From Opitutales bacterium (lineage in GTDB: Bacteria > Verrucomicrobiota > Verrucomicrobiia > Opitutales > PNEW01): DNA of 64,000 nucleotides. How positions within the stretch are numbered: position 1 is the stretch's first letter; every line of letters begins with the position of its first letter. Location: positions 320,001 to 384,000 of the forward strand of contig CBDANS010000005.1 of assembly GCA_965197745.1 (NCBI GenBank), given 5' to 3'. Position numbers and translations under genes: made by a program. The notes beneath the pieces were generated by a model. It did no database searches and had not been told where the DNA came from. It saw nothing but the letters and a program-made list of their open reading frames with translations. Shown here in pieces: positions 9,648 to 19,329 of this stretch.

Positions 9648-10595
9648 TTAAGGTCCAAATATAACCAGTGCGAGTTCCGAAAAGTAGGCATCAACCTGCT
9701 TATGGAAATAAAGAAAATAGAGGAGCCCGGCAAGGGCCAGCATAGGACCGAAAGGAACCTCGCGACCGCTTATTTTTTCTTCGTCATCACTATCGGGAGA
9801 TGTTGATACTTCGGTTTCACCCGTATCCTGGTGATTTTCACCTTTGGGAGGCAGTTTGAAAATAACCGCGATTAGTTTATAAATAATATAACCTATGGTT
9901 CCGATAACGGCACCGCCAAAAACGGCAAAGATACTTCCTTGCCAGCCGCAAAATGCGCCGATGGCACCGAGAAATTTCACATCACCAAAACCCATGGCTT
10001 CGCGACGCAAAACCGTTTCAGCAAGGAGACCAATCCACAATACTAATGCCGAACCGATAAATGCGCCGGTAATCGCTGTTATTCCAGAATGGAGACTGGC
10101 AATGAGAAAAATATTTTCGGATATATCATGTAGTTCAGGCACGGCAAAAGCAAGGACTACCCCTGTGACCATACCGCCTATAGTAAAACGATCAGGAATG
10201 ATCATGTATTCGAAATCAATAAATGTGGCACAAATAAGAATGGAGCATAAAACCATTCCGCAGAGTGCTTTGCCTGGTGAAAATGCAAGCCAGCACAGAA
10301 GAAAGAGTATGGCTGTGAGGCTTTCTACCAGAGGATAACGCCAACCAATCGGCTGTCCCGAATTCCTGCCTTTGCCACGCAGAATAATGAAACTGATTAT
10401 AGGAATATTGTCATACCAGGCTATTGGCTCCCCCGATACAGGGCAGAAACTACGGGGATGAATAACTGATTTCCCTATGGGGATACGATAGATACAAACA
10501 TTAAGAAAGCTTCCCACAATCGACCCAAAGATAAATGTCATGGTGGGGAAAAACCAGGAATAATAACTTTGGATTAATAAAAACTGTTCGTACAT
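9648..10595 (-). CDS. pilD: Type IV prepilin peptidase (A24 family)
   Basis: GSFLNVCIYRIP, catalytic Asp motifs FIDFEYMIIPD and MGFGDVK, C-terminal PFGPML; multiple TM helices. Confidence 0.92.
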   Translation of the reverse strand: MYEQFLLIQSYYSWFFPTMTFIFGSIVGSFLNVCIYRIPIGKSVIHPRSFCPVSGEPIAWYDNIPIISFIILRGKGRNSGQPIGWRYPLVESLTAILFLLCWLAFSPGKALCGMVLCSILICATFIDFEYMIIPDRFTIGGMVTGVVLAFAVPELHDISENIFLIASLHSGITAITGAFIGSALVLWIGLLAETVLRREAMGFGDVKFLGAIGAFCGWQGSIFAVFGGAVIGTIGYIIYKLIAVIFKLPPKGENHQDTGETEVSTSPDSDDEEKISGREVPFGPMLALAGLLYFLYFHKQVDAYFSELALVIFGP

Positions 10596-10596
10596 T

Positions 10597-11649
10597 TTAT
10601 TTCTTTTCGAATTCTTTATCTAAGATGTAGATATACATTACGGCCATAACATCCTGATCGACAGGAGTCGTGTTATTATAAACGCTGACTAGTTCATACT
10701 CATGATTCTTGTAAAGCATAATTCCTTCTTTACTGGACAAAAAGTCCACATAATCAATGCCTATTTTATCAATAAACCCGGAAACGATACTTTTAAATAC
10801 TGTTTTATCTGCAGTGAGATCACGTAGTTCCAGCGATTCGGCAAAAGGATGAAGATGAACCGCGGCATAATGCATAGTCGTGTCGAAGGGAAGATTCATC
10901 CAGTTTGTTACTAAGGTCTTATTTATTTGCTGCCCCGGTTTTAAGACCCAGTGACCGGTGAATTCGCGTCCATATTTATCCGTTCTCACATTGCCGGACG
11001 CGCTTTCACCAATGAGGCACCCCTCGCCATGAACTGTTTTATTCGGCATTTCAACATTGTAATATCCATTTTCACCGTTAAGGAGAACCAGTCCATTTGC
11101 CGATTTCATAAATAGTGCGGTCATTGCACCTTCGACTTCGCGGTCATAGATGTAATTTATGACTACTTTGTGACGGACCTGATATTGCCGATCTTCAATA
11201 TTGAGGTTGAGCACCTGGGTGGTGAGAGAAAAAATCTCGTTGGAATAAATGGGAATTCCAAATCCCCCCGGAAACTTTATTTCGAATTGACCTTGTGAAA
11301 GAGTGAAAAAACGGTTGGCCGCGTTTTTCTGCCAATGGAACAGTTTTCTATGGTTCCGAATATCTAAATTCAGGTTGCTGTGACACATGAATTCCTGGGG
11401 CATGGGTGTTAACCCATCCATTCCAACTATACTGGCGCGATACCCGGTGATCCAAAGTAATTCGGGAGGATCACTTTCGAGAATAGAGAATTCAGCGGTG
11501 CTTTGCGGCCCCATCATTGATCTGTAAATGCGATCAACGGTGTAAACAGGAGATAAAAATTCAAAGGTTCGCGGTGTTACCGACGAAAGCAGATAGGGTG
11601 GCAAAAAGAAAAAAACGAGAACCTGTAACAAATACCTGAATTTCAACAT
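10597..11649 (-). CDS. Secreted hypothetical protein, possibly copper type II monooxygenase-like fold
   Basis: Hydrophobic N-terminal signal-like segment; HLH motif, YNNT and C-terminal DVMAVM; 350-aa ORF ending 1 nt before the pilD start. Confidence 0.6.
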   Translation of the reverse strand: MLKFRYLLQVLVFFFLPPYLLSSVTPRTFEFLSPVYTVDRIYRSMMGPQSTAEFSILESDPPELLWITGYRASIVGMDGLTPMPQEFMCHSNLNLDIRNHRKLFHWQKNAANRFFTLSQGQFEIKFPGGFGIPIYSNEIFSLTTQVLNLNIEDRQYQVRHKVVINYIYDREVEGAMTALFMKSANGLVLLNGENGYYNVEMPNKTVHGEGCLIGESASGNVRTDKYGREFTGHWVLKPGQQINKTLVTNWMNLPFDTTMHYAAVHLHPFAESLELRDLTADKTVFKSIVSGFIDKIGIDYVDFLSSKEGIMLYKNHEYELVSVYNNTTPVDQDVMAVMYIYILDKEFEKK

Positions 11650-11713
11650 GGCTATAGTGGGAATCGAGAAAACCTTCCTCGATTACAGCTATCTTTTATA
11701 TCTGATTTTTTAA

Positions 11714-11789
<76 letters not shown>

Positions 11790-11890
11790 GGGATTTGCAA
11801 TTCTAAGCTAAAGAGTCTGAAAGGGAGTAATTCCAGAGATCTTCTTCAGGTGATTAAATAATAAAACTAATTTATTTTATGCAATACCAT

Positions 11891-14257
11891 TTACTCATAT
11901 AATACTTTACGCAAGGGCTCGAGTTGCGCCTCATATTTTTTCCAAAGTTGAACTGAGTCGCTTTTAATGGGTTGACGGACCTGGAAGGCACTTGCGGTTG
12001 TTACTCTTCTTTTCGTTTTGTAAAATGAGATACAGGATTCTTCCCAGGGCAGCTGGCAATAGGATAGAAGCTTTCTCGTTTGTTCTTCCTGATCGGATAC
12101 CAGACCCTCATAACTGAAATCATATATGAAACCGGGAATGTTCTTTCGCCAGTGATCCATCAAATCCGAATAGAGGTTGTAATACTGTCCAAGCTCGTTC
12201 ATTTCATATGCAAAAAAATGTTTTTCCGCGAAAATTGTTTTAAAAATTGAATAGCAATTATCCATGGGATTCCTCATACAATGAATAACTTTGGCACCCG
12301 GTAATATTTTTTTGATGAACCCTATCAGCTGAAAATTATAAGGCATTTTATCCGTAATGTACCTTTTATTTTCAGTGTGTTCTCTTAAACTCTCTATATA
12401 GCTGGATCCTAACGCAAAAAGCGCTTCTTCCTCAAGATCTGATACTGATTCAGGATATTTCCCCCCTGTCCGCTTAGAACGAATAGAATTTGCCAGGGAA
12501 AATAAATCTTTCCGTTCACCAGCTCCAAATACCTGTGAATGACTGGCCAGGATCTGCTCAACCAGAGTCGTCCCCGATCTTGGCATCCCTAATATGAATA
12601 TAGGTGTTTCATCAGGATTTCCGGTATGAGATTGACTTGATAAGAAACCGGGAGAGAAAACTGTCTTTATCTTATTAAAGAACTCTATTTCTTTTTTGAT
12701 TGAGTATTGATAGGTCGCTCTCTTTAACCTGTTCCCCTCTAATATAAGATCAAATGATTTGTGGTGTTCGTTTAAATCTTCAAAAGCCTTTCCCAACCCA
12801 TAGGCTAAAAGCATTTTCTGTTCAGGTGATATATCATCTTGAGCGTAGAAATTCTCCATGACTCGGATGGGGTCATCATATTTTTGATGTTTTTTTGCTC
12901 TGGATAAATTAAGATGAGCTTCCGCAAAGTCCGGTTTGAAGGATAAGGACATTTTATAACTGTCAATGGCCTCATTTACTCGACCTTGGTCTCTATATAC
13001 ATTACCAAGATTGTTGTGCACTAGAGCAAAGTCTGGCTTGATAGAGATCGCTTTTTGGCAACTGGCAATGGCTTCATCTAAACGCCCCAGGTCTTTGAAG
13101 GTAATGCCCAGGTTGTTGTGAGCTTCCGCAAAGTCCGTTTTGAAGGATAAGGACATGTTAAAACTGTCAATAGCTTCATTTGCTCGACCCATATCTCTAT
13201 ATATAATACCTAGAATGTTGTGCGCTAGAGCAAAGTCTGGTTTGATCGAGATCGCTTTTCGGCAACTGGCAATGGCTTCATCTAAACGCCCCAGGTCTTT
13301 GAAGGTAATGCTCAGGTTGTTGTGAGCTTCCGCAAAGTCCGGTTTGAAGGATAGGGACATTTTATAACTGTCAATGGCCTCATTTGCTCGACCCATATCT
13401 CTATATACATTACCAAGATTATTGTGCGCTAGATCAAAGTCTGGCATGATCGAGATCGCTTTTTTATAACAGGAAATGGCCTCATCCAGTTGGCCTAGCT
13501 CAATATACGCATTGCCAAGGTTGCAGTGAGCATCAGCAAATTCCGGATTAATAGAGATCGCTCTTTTATAGCTTGCAGTTGCTTCGTCTAAACTATCCAA
13601 GTCTTTAAGGGCAATGCCCAAGTTGTTGTGCGCATCTGCAAAGCGCGGATTGATGGAGATCGCTTTTTTGTAACTGGCAATTGCTTCATCTATTCGATCC
13701 AGAACTTTAAAGACGATGCCCAGGTTATTGTGAGCTTCTGCAAAGTGCGGATTGATGGAAATGGCTTTTCGGCAACTGGCAACTGCCTCATCAAATTGAC
13801 CCAGGTCTCTGAGCACATTTCCAAGGTTGCTGTGAGCTTGCGTAAAATTCGGATTGATGGAAATGGCTTTATGGTAATTGGTAATTGTCTCATCAAGTTG
13901 ACCCAGGTCTCTGTGCACATTGCCAAGGTTGCAGTGGGCTTCTGCAAAATCCGGATTGATGGAGATCGCTTTTTTGTAACTGGCAATTGCTTCCTCTAAC
14001 CGATCCAGACCTTTGAGAGCTACACCGAGGTTGCTGTAACTTACTGGACTGTTGGGGATAATCTGAATTGCCTTTTTAATAAACTGAATGGCAATATCAT
14101 TTTTCCCTAACTGAAGTGCAACTACACCAAGAAAATAACAAGCATCTGCGTTATTTGGGTCAGTGTTAAGGATTTGACGATAAATCTGTTCAGCCTGTTG
14201 CAGTCGCCCGGCTTGGTGATGCTGTTGTGCTAACTGAAACTGATTATTTGTCTGCAA
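11891..14257 (-). CDS. TPR-repeat sulfotransferase (about 13 TPRs plus PAPS-dependent sulfotransferase domain); TTG start uncertain
   Basis: 34-aa AHxNLG repeats; FILGMPRSGTTLVEQIL (5'-PSB loop), DKMP, RNPMDNCYS (3'-PB), TAS..QVRQPI. Confidence 0.92.
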   Translation of the reverse strand: MQTNNQFQLAQQHHQAGRLQQAEQIYRQILNTDPNNADACYFLGVVALQLGKNDIAIQFIKKAIQIIPNSPVSYSNLGVALKGLDRLEEAIASYKKAISINPDFAEAHCNLGNVHRDLGQLDETITNYHKAISINPNFTQAHSNLGNVLRDLGQFDEAVASCRKAISINPHFAEAHNNLGIVFKVLDRIDEAIASYKKAISINPRFADAHNNLGIALKDLDSLDEATASYKRAISINPEFADAHCNLGNAYIELGQLDEAISCYKKAISIMPDFDLAHNNLGNVYRDMGRANEAIDSYKMSLSFKPDFAEAHNNLSITFKDLGRLDEAIASCRKAISIKPDFALAHNILGIIYRDMGRANEAIDSFNMSLSFKTDFAEAHNNLGITFKDLGRLDEAIASCQKAISIKPDFALVHNNLGNVYRDQGRVNEAIDSYKMSLSFKPDFAEAHLNLSRAKKHQKYDDPIRVMENFYAQDDISPEQKMLLAYGLGKAFEDLNEHHKSFDLILEGNRLKRATYQYSIKKEIEFFNKIKTVFSPGFLSSQSHTGNPDETPIFILGMPRSGTTLVEQILASHSQVFGAGERKDLFSLANSIRSKRTGGKYPESVSDLEEEALFALGSSYIESLREHTENKRYITDKMPYNFQLIGFIKKILPGAKVIHCMRNPMDNCYSIFKTIFAEKHFFAYEMNELGQYYNLYSDLMDHWRKNIPGFIYDFSYEGLVSDQEEQTRKLLSYCQLPWEESCISFYKTKRRVTTASAFQVRQPIKSDSVQLWKKYEAQLEPLRKVLYE
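12915..13450. repeat. Intragenic 204-bp tandem repeat (two-TPR unit, about 2.5 copies)
   Basis: TGAGCTTCCGCAAAGTCCG recurs at 12915, 13119 and 13323 (204-nt spacing) with near-identical intervening sequence. Confidence 0.9.
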
Positions 14258-14439
14258 AATTGGCTTAGAATTGTGGCGTAAATTTTAAGTTAGATTGATG
14301 TTTACAATATTAAAATATCAATAGGTTTTTATCATTTATAAAAACCCCTTATCGTTGAAAATATCTCTTTAGAGCGATTTATCGAAAATTTATCTTACCT
14401 TTGGAAAATAGTATGAAGTCCAATTATATTGGTGCATTT

Positions 14440-16224
14440 TCACTCATACAATGCCTTTCGCAAGGGTTCGAGTTGGTTCTCATATTTTTTCCAGAGTTGA
14501 ACTGAATCCTTATACATAGGTCGACGGACCTGGACGGCACTAGCCGTATCTACTTTCCTTTTCGTTTTATGGAAATCCAGGCAGGATTCTTCCCAGGGTA
14601 AACCGCAATAGGTAAGGAGCTTTTTTGTTTGTTCATCCTGGTCGGAAACTAATTCCTCGTAGCTAAAATCATATATGAAATCAGGAATAATATTTCTCCA
14701 GTGATCCATCAAATCCAGATAGAGTTTATAATACTGCCCGAGTTCCTTCAATTCATATGTATATTTATGTTCTCCAGTAAAATTATGTTTAAAAATTGAA
14801 TAGCAATTGTCCATGGGATCCCGCATGCAATGAATAACTTTTGCCTTAGGTAAAATTGTTTTGATGAGGCCAATCATTTTGTAATTATAGGGTGCTTTGT
14901 CTGTAATGTGCTTTGAGACCGAAGCCTCAGAGTGTTTTCGTATTCTCTCAATATAGCTTGATCCTAAAGCTAAAAACTCATCATCATCCAGTTCTGACAG
15001 GTATTCGGGAAATTTCTTTCCCGTTCTCTTAGAACAGAAAATATTTGTCATATAAGATAAATCACATAGTTCACCTGCGCCGAATACCTGGGAGTGACTG
15101 GAGAGGATCTGCTCCACGAGTGTCGTCCCTGATCTTGGCATCCCCAAAATAAACAGGGGTGTTTCGTCAGGATTTCCGGTATGTGAGTGGCTCGGGAAAA
15201 AATCGGGTGAGAACACCTCCTTTATTTTTTCAAATGACTCTTTATGTCCTTCAATCGAATATTGAAAAGACATTCGCTTCAACCTGTTACCCTCTAAAAG
15301 ATAATTAGACGATTTGTTGTAATCGTTCAAATCCTCAAAAGCCTTACCCAATCCAAATGCGATGTAGATCTTATGTTTGGATGATATGTCGCTACGAGCG
15401 TACAATTTTTCCATTGCTCGAATGGCATTATTATATTCATGGTGTTTTCTTGCAGTGGATAAATGAAAATGTGCTTGAGCGAAGTCTGGTTGTATGGAAA
15501 TGGCTTTTTCGTAACTGGCAACGGCCTCATCCAGACGACCTAGAGATCTGAATACATTGCCCAGGTTGCTGTGTGCGTGTGCGTAGTCGGATTTGAGGGA
15601 AATAGCTTTTTGCAAACTGGCAATAGCTTTATCAAGCCGACGCTTTTTACTGAGCGCAATGCCAAGGTTGCAGTGAGCTTCAGCAAAGGCTGGTTTGAGG
15701 GAAACAGCTTGTTCATAACTGGCAATGGCCTCATCATGTTGGTCCGACTCATTGAGAGCGAGGCCGAGGTTGCAGTGTGCTTTAGCGAAATTCGGATTGC
15801 AGGAAATAGCTTTACGATAATGGGTAATGGCCTCAATCAGCTGACCCATATTTCTGAGTATATTGCCAAGATTATTATGTGTTTCTGCATTATCCGGATT
15901 AAGGGAAATGGCTTTTTGGAAACTGGCTACAGCCTCATCAAATCGACTTAAATCGCGAAGCGCATTGCCTAGATTACAATACATTTCTGGAATATTCGGA
16001 TTGGCTGCTATGGCTTTTTCGATATACTGTATAGCAGTGTCATTTTTCCCAACCTGATGCGCAATTATACCAAGGTAATGGTTAGCCGCAGCATTATCAG
16101 AGTCAGCGGAAAGTATTTGACGGTAAATTCGCTCGGCCTGTTGGAGGTGTCCGGCTTTATGATGCTGAAGTGCTAACTGAATGGGAGTTACAGTCTGCAC
16201 CGTGGACTTTCGATCAGGTGGCAT
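14440..16224 (-). CDS. TPR-repeat sulfotransferase (about 7 TPRs)
   Basis: TPR repeats; FILGMPRSGTTLVEQIL, RDPMDNCYS, TASAVQVRRP. Confidence 0.93.
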   Translation of the reverse strand: MPPDRKSTVQTVTPIQLALQHHKAGHLQQAERIYRQILSADSDNAAANHYLGIIAHQVGKNDTAIQYIEKAIAANPNIPEMYCNLGNALRDLSRFDEAVASFQKAISLNPDNAETHNNLGNILRNMGQLIEAITHYRKAISCNPNFAKAHCNLGLALNESDQHDEAIASYEQAVSLKPAFAEAHCNLGIALSKKRRLDKAIASLQKAISLKSDYAHAHSNLGNVFRSLGRLDEAVASYEKAISIQPDFAQAHFHLSTARKHHEYNNAIRAMEKLYARSDISSKHKIYIAFGLGKAFEDLNDYNKSSNYLLEGNRLKRMSFQYSIEGHKESFEKIKEVFSPDFFPSHSHTGNPDETPLFILGMPRSGTTLVEQILSSHSQVFGAGELCDLSYMTNIFCSKRTGKKFPEYLSELDDDEFLALGSSYIERIRKHSEASVSKHITDKAPYNYKMIGLIKTILPKAKVIHCMRDPMDNCYSIFKHNFTGEHKYTYELKELGQYYKLYLDLMDHWRNIIPDFIYDFSYEELVSDQDEQTKKLLTYCGLPWEESCLDFHKTKRKVDTASAVQVRRPMYKDSVQLWKKYENQLEPLRKALYE

Positions 16225-16266
16225 CTTTGTTCTGAGTTAATTTAAAATATAACTAAGGCAATTTAT

Positions 16267-17817
16267 TTACTCGAATAAAATTCTTCGCAATGGTTCGAGG
16301 TGTGTCTCATATTTTTTCCAGAGTTGTATTGAATCGCTATATATAGGACGACGGACATCGATAGTGCTTGCGGTTGCGATTACCCTTTTCGTTTTGTGAA
16401 AGGAGAGACAGTTTTTATCCCAAGGCAACTTGCAATAAGCAAGAAGCTTTCTTGTTTGTTCCTCCTGCTCGGATACTAATGCCTCATACCGGACATTATA
16501 GATGAAACCGGGAATGGTCTTTTGCCAGTGATTCATCAAATCCAGATAAAGCTTATAATACTGACCAATCTCAGTCATGTCATAAGCATATTTATGCGTT
16601 CCCGAGAAATAATTTTTAAATATAGATAAGCAATTGTCCATTGGATCTCTCATGCAATGAACAACTTTAGCCCCAGGTAAGATCATTCTGATGAATCCAA
16701 TCATTTTAAAATTATTGGGCATTTTGTCCGTTACGTAATTTGCGCTGGCAGAGTAATTCCTTATTTTTTCAAGATAATCTGAACCTAACTTAATAAGTTC
16801 ATTTTCGTTAAGATCTGATACGCATTCTGGAAAATCTTGCTCCGCGCTCTCAGAACTGAGCGCGCGGGTGATATAAGATAAATCATTCAATTCACCTGCG
16901 CCATAAACCTCTGAATGACTGGCTAGGATCTGCTCTACGAGCGTTGTCCCTGATCTTGGTAGCCCTAAGATGAAAATGGGTGTTTCGTCTGGATTCCCCT
17001 TATTAGAATGATCAGCAAGAAAGGCTGAAGAGAACACCTTTTTTAACTGAGCAAAGGAATCTCTATCTTCGTCAATTGAGTATTGAAATGATGCGCGCTT
17101 TAATCGGTTCCCCTCTAAAATAAAACTAAAGGATTTATCGTAATCTTTCAAATCTTCATAGGCTTTTCCCAGGCCAAAGGCTAAATGCATTTTTTGCTCA
17201 GTTGTATTGTCAGTCCGAGCGTAAACGGTCTCCATCGCTCGGATAGTATCGTCATACTCATCGTGTCTTATGGCGAAAGATAAATACCGATGAGCTTTTG
17301 CATAATCCGGTTTAAAGGAGATGGCCCTGTGATAACTGGCAATGGCCTCATTCAATTGGCCTGATTCTTTGTATAAAAGTCCCAGATTACAGTGCGCTTC
17401 CGCAAAGTCTGGTTTGAGAGAAATAGCTTTTTTGTAACTGGCAATGGCTTCATCGATGCAAGCCATTTCCCAAAGGGTAGCACCAAGATTAATGCGCATT
17501 TCAGCGGAGTCAGGTCTGAGCGAAATAGCTTTTTTATAGCTGGCAACAGCATCATCAAACAGGCGCAGGCGTTTATAGGCATTACCCAGGTTGCTGTAAA
17601 GTGGAGGGATATTGGGATTGGATTGAATAGCTCTATTAAAATACTGAACAGCGCTTTTATTTTTCCCATACTGAAATTCCAGGATGCCAAGGTAATGGTT
17701 GGCTTCTGCATTATCGGGATCAGTGGAAATAATCTGGCGATAGAGGTGCTCAGCCTGCTGCAGACGCCCAGCCTAGTGATGCTGGAGAGCTAACTGGATA
17801 TTCGTTTTAGGCTCCAT
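16267..17817 (-). pseudogene. TPR-repeat sulfotransferase with an in-frame TAG at codon 15; the downstream 410-aa frame (16267-17499) is intact
   Basis: ATG at 17817 gives MEPKTNIQLALQHH*AGRLQQAEHLY..., homologous to the paralog N-termini and in frame with ORF 16267-17499; TAG at 17773-17775. Confidence 0.75.
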
Positions 17818-17948
17818 TGCTTATTGAGGACCGGTCATAGTATCAGGTTTTCGTGGTGCCAGCTTAGAATATCATCTAAATAGAGCTTTATCTATTAAAT
17901 TCTGCTTACAAATCTAGTATTTTCTTTGATGGCGTTGATAATATCATT

Positions 17949-17980
17949 AAAAAACCGCCCCATAATTGGGGCGGTTTTTT
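17949..17980. terminator. Intrinsic terminator downstream of the pilin gene (bidirectional form)
   Basis: AAAAAACCGCCCCA-TAAT-TGGGGCGGTTTTTT perfect inverted repeat with T tracts on both strands. Confidence 0.9.
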
Positions 17981-18003
17981 GCTTATAAATAAATAGCTGC
18001 AAT

Positions 18004-18363
18004 CTATTGGTAGAAAGTAACTAAGGTGCCGTCGGATTTCGTAACGGTGAGTGAAGTAAAACCAGCAGAAATTGGAAAAATTAAAGTATAATTCTCTCCG
18101 GCTACCGCGGCCGGCATGGATTTAATAAAGAGATCAGATCCGATGAGATCGGCAGAAGCTGCTGATGTTAAACCTTCTTTGATGAAGTACTGATCAGCGG
18201 CAGAAGCTAGCTGGCGAAGGTTATTGATGATAGTCTTTGACTGCGATGATTCTCGAACTTTATTGAAGGCGGGTATGGCCATTGCGGCTAAGAGGCCAAT
18301 GATAACAACGACAATCATTATTTCTACAAGGGTAAACCCCTTGTTCACTGCATTATAATTCAT
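18004..18363 (-). CDS. Type IV pilin-like protein (class III signal peptide), probable major pilin
   Basis: Short leader MNYNAVNKG|FTLVEIMIVVVIIGLLAAMAIP with G-1, F1, E5; 110-aa mature protein; own strong terminator. Confidence 0.92.
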   Translation of the reverse strand: MNYNAVNKGFTLVEIMIVVVIIGLLAAMAIPAFNKVRESSQSKTIINNLRQLASAADQYFIKEGLTSAASADLIGSDLFIKSMPAAVAGENYTLIFPISAGFTSLTVTKSDGTLVTFYQ

Positions 18364-18571
18364 TATATACTCCGTAGTTTATTATTATAAATATAAATAT
18401 TCAATTAGTAGATAGAACCGCGCATTCTATGAGGGGATTGAATTAATTGCGAACTAAATATCAGAATAAATAGTGATTAATAAAGGAATAGAGCAGGATT
18501 TCTATGCAGATCTAAAAAAATCTCCATCGTTGACTATGAAATTCGCCTCAAGTAAGAGCTGATAGCCAGTT

Positions 18572-19246
18572 ATGGATTTAGAGCGCAAAATTAAGGAAAT
18601 TGATTGGTTTCATCGGATTGATTTAGGTAATGGGGTAATTACTCCTGGGAAGGATGATTCGCTATTTAAATTATCAAGATTGGCCTTGCCCGATGATTTA
18701 AGCGGAAAATCAGTTCTTGATATAGGAGCCTGGGACGGATTTTTTTCTTTTGAGGCTGAGCGAAGAGGAGCAGGTCGGGTGTTGGCGGTCGACTCATACA
18801 GTTGGAGTGGCAAAGGATGGGGAAGCAAAGAAGGATTTAAGTTAGCGCGTAATATTCTGAAATCAAAAGTAGAAGATAGGGATCTAGCCGTTCATGATCT
18901 TTCTACAGATAATGTGGGGATATTTGATTTAGTTTTGTTTCTCGGTGTATTCTACCATTTACGCAATCCCTTTGAGGCTCTGGAGCATGTTGCGAGCGTG
19001 ACTAAAGATAGGCTGATCCTTGAGACCTATGTCGATAATCTTAATAATCGTCGACCCTCTATGGTCTTTTATCCAGATAACAATACAAATGCTGACCCCA
19101 CAAGCTGGTGGGGGCCAAATGTGAAATGCGTAGAAGCAATGTTAAAGTCAGTAGGTTTTAATAAAACAAAAGTAATTTCATTCAAGAAGCATCGGGGATT
19201 CCCCTCTCCCCATACGGGGCGAGTCGTGGTGCATGCCTGGAAATAA
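18572..19246 (+). CDS. Class I SAM-dependent methyltransferase (CmoB/DUF1698-like)
   Basis: WFHRIDL, VLDIGAWDGFFSF (motif I), FDLVLFLGVFYHL. Confidence 0.85.
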   Translation: MDLERKIKEIDWFHRIDLGNGVITPGKDDSLFKLSRLALPDDLSGKSVLDIGAWDGFFSFEAERRGAGRVLAVDSYSWSGKGWGSKEGFKLARNILKSKVEDRDLAVHDLSTDNVGIFDLVLFLGVFYHLRNPFEALEHVASVTKDRLILETYVDNLNNRRPSMVFYPDNNTNADPTSWWGPNVKCVEAMLKSVGFNKTKVISFKKHRGFPSPHTGRVVVHAWK

Positions 19247-19329
19247 AACGAATGGGACTGCTCGGTATCGCGTAAATGGGCTAATGTCATTGACTTTAAA
19301 TCTGGGCGTGAGCGTAATATAATCAGGTT

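Noticed and set aside
12915..14050. Regularly spaced repeats as a possible CRISPR array
   Set aside because: Period is 102/204 nt, in frame within a TPR-coding ORF, with no unique spacers and no cas genes
17773..17775. TAG as pyrrolysine or genome-wide stop reassignment
   Set aside because: TAG ends infA, rpsG, rpsD and the pilin at their expected ends; no pyl genes or suppressor tRNA in the window
18364..18571. Sigma54 promoter upstream of the pilin
   Set aside because: No correctly spaced GG-N10-GC (TGGCAC…TTGC) element found
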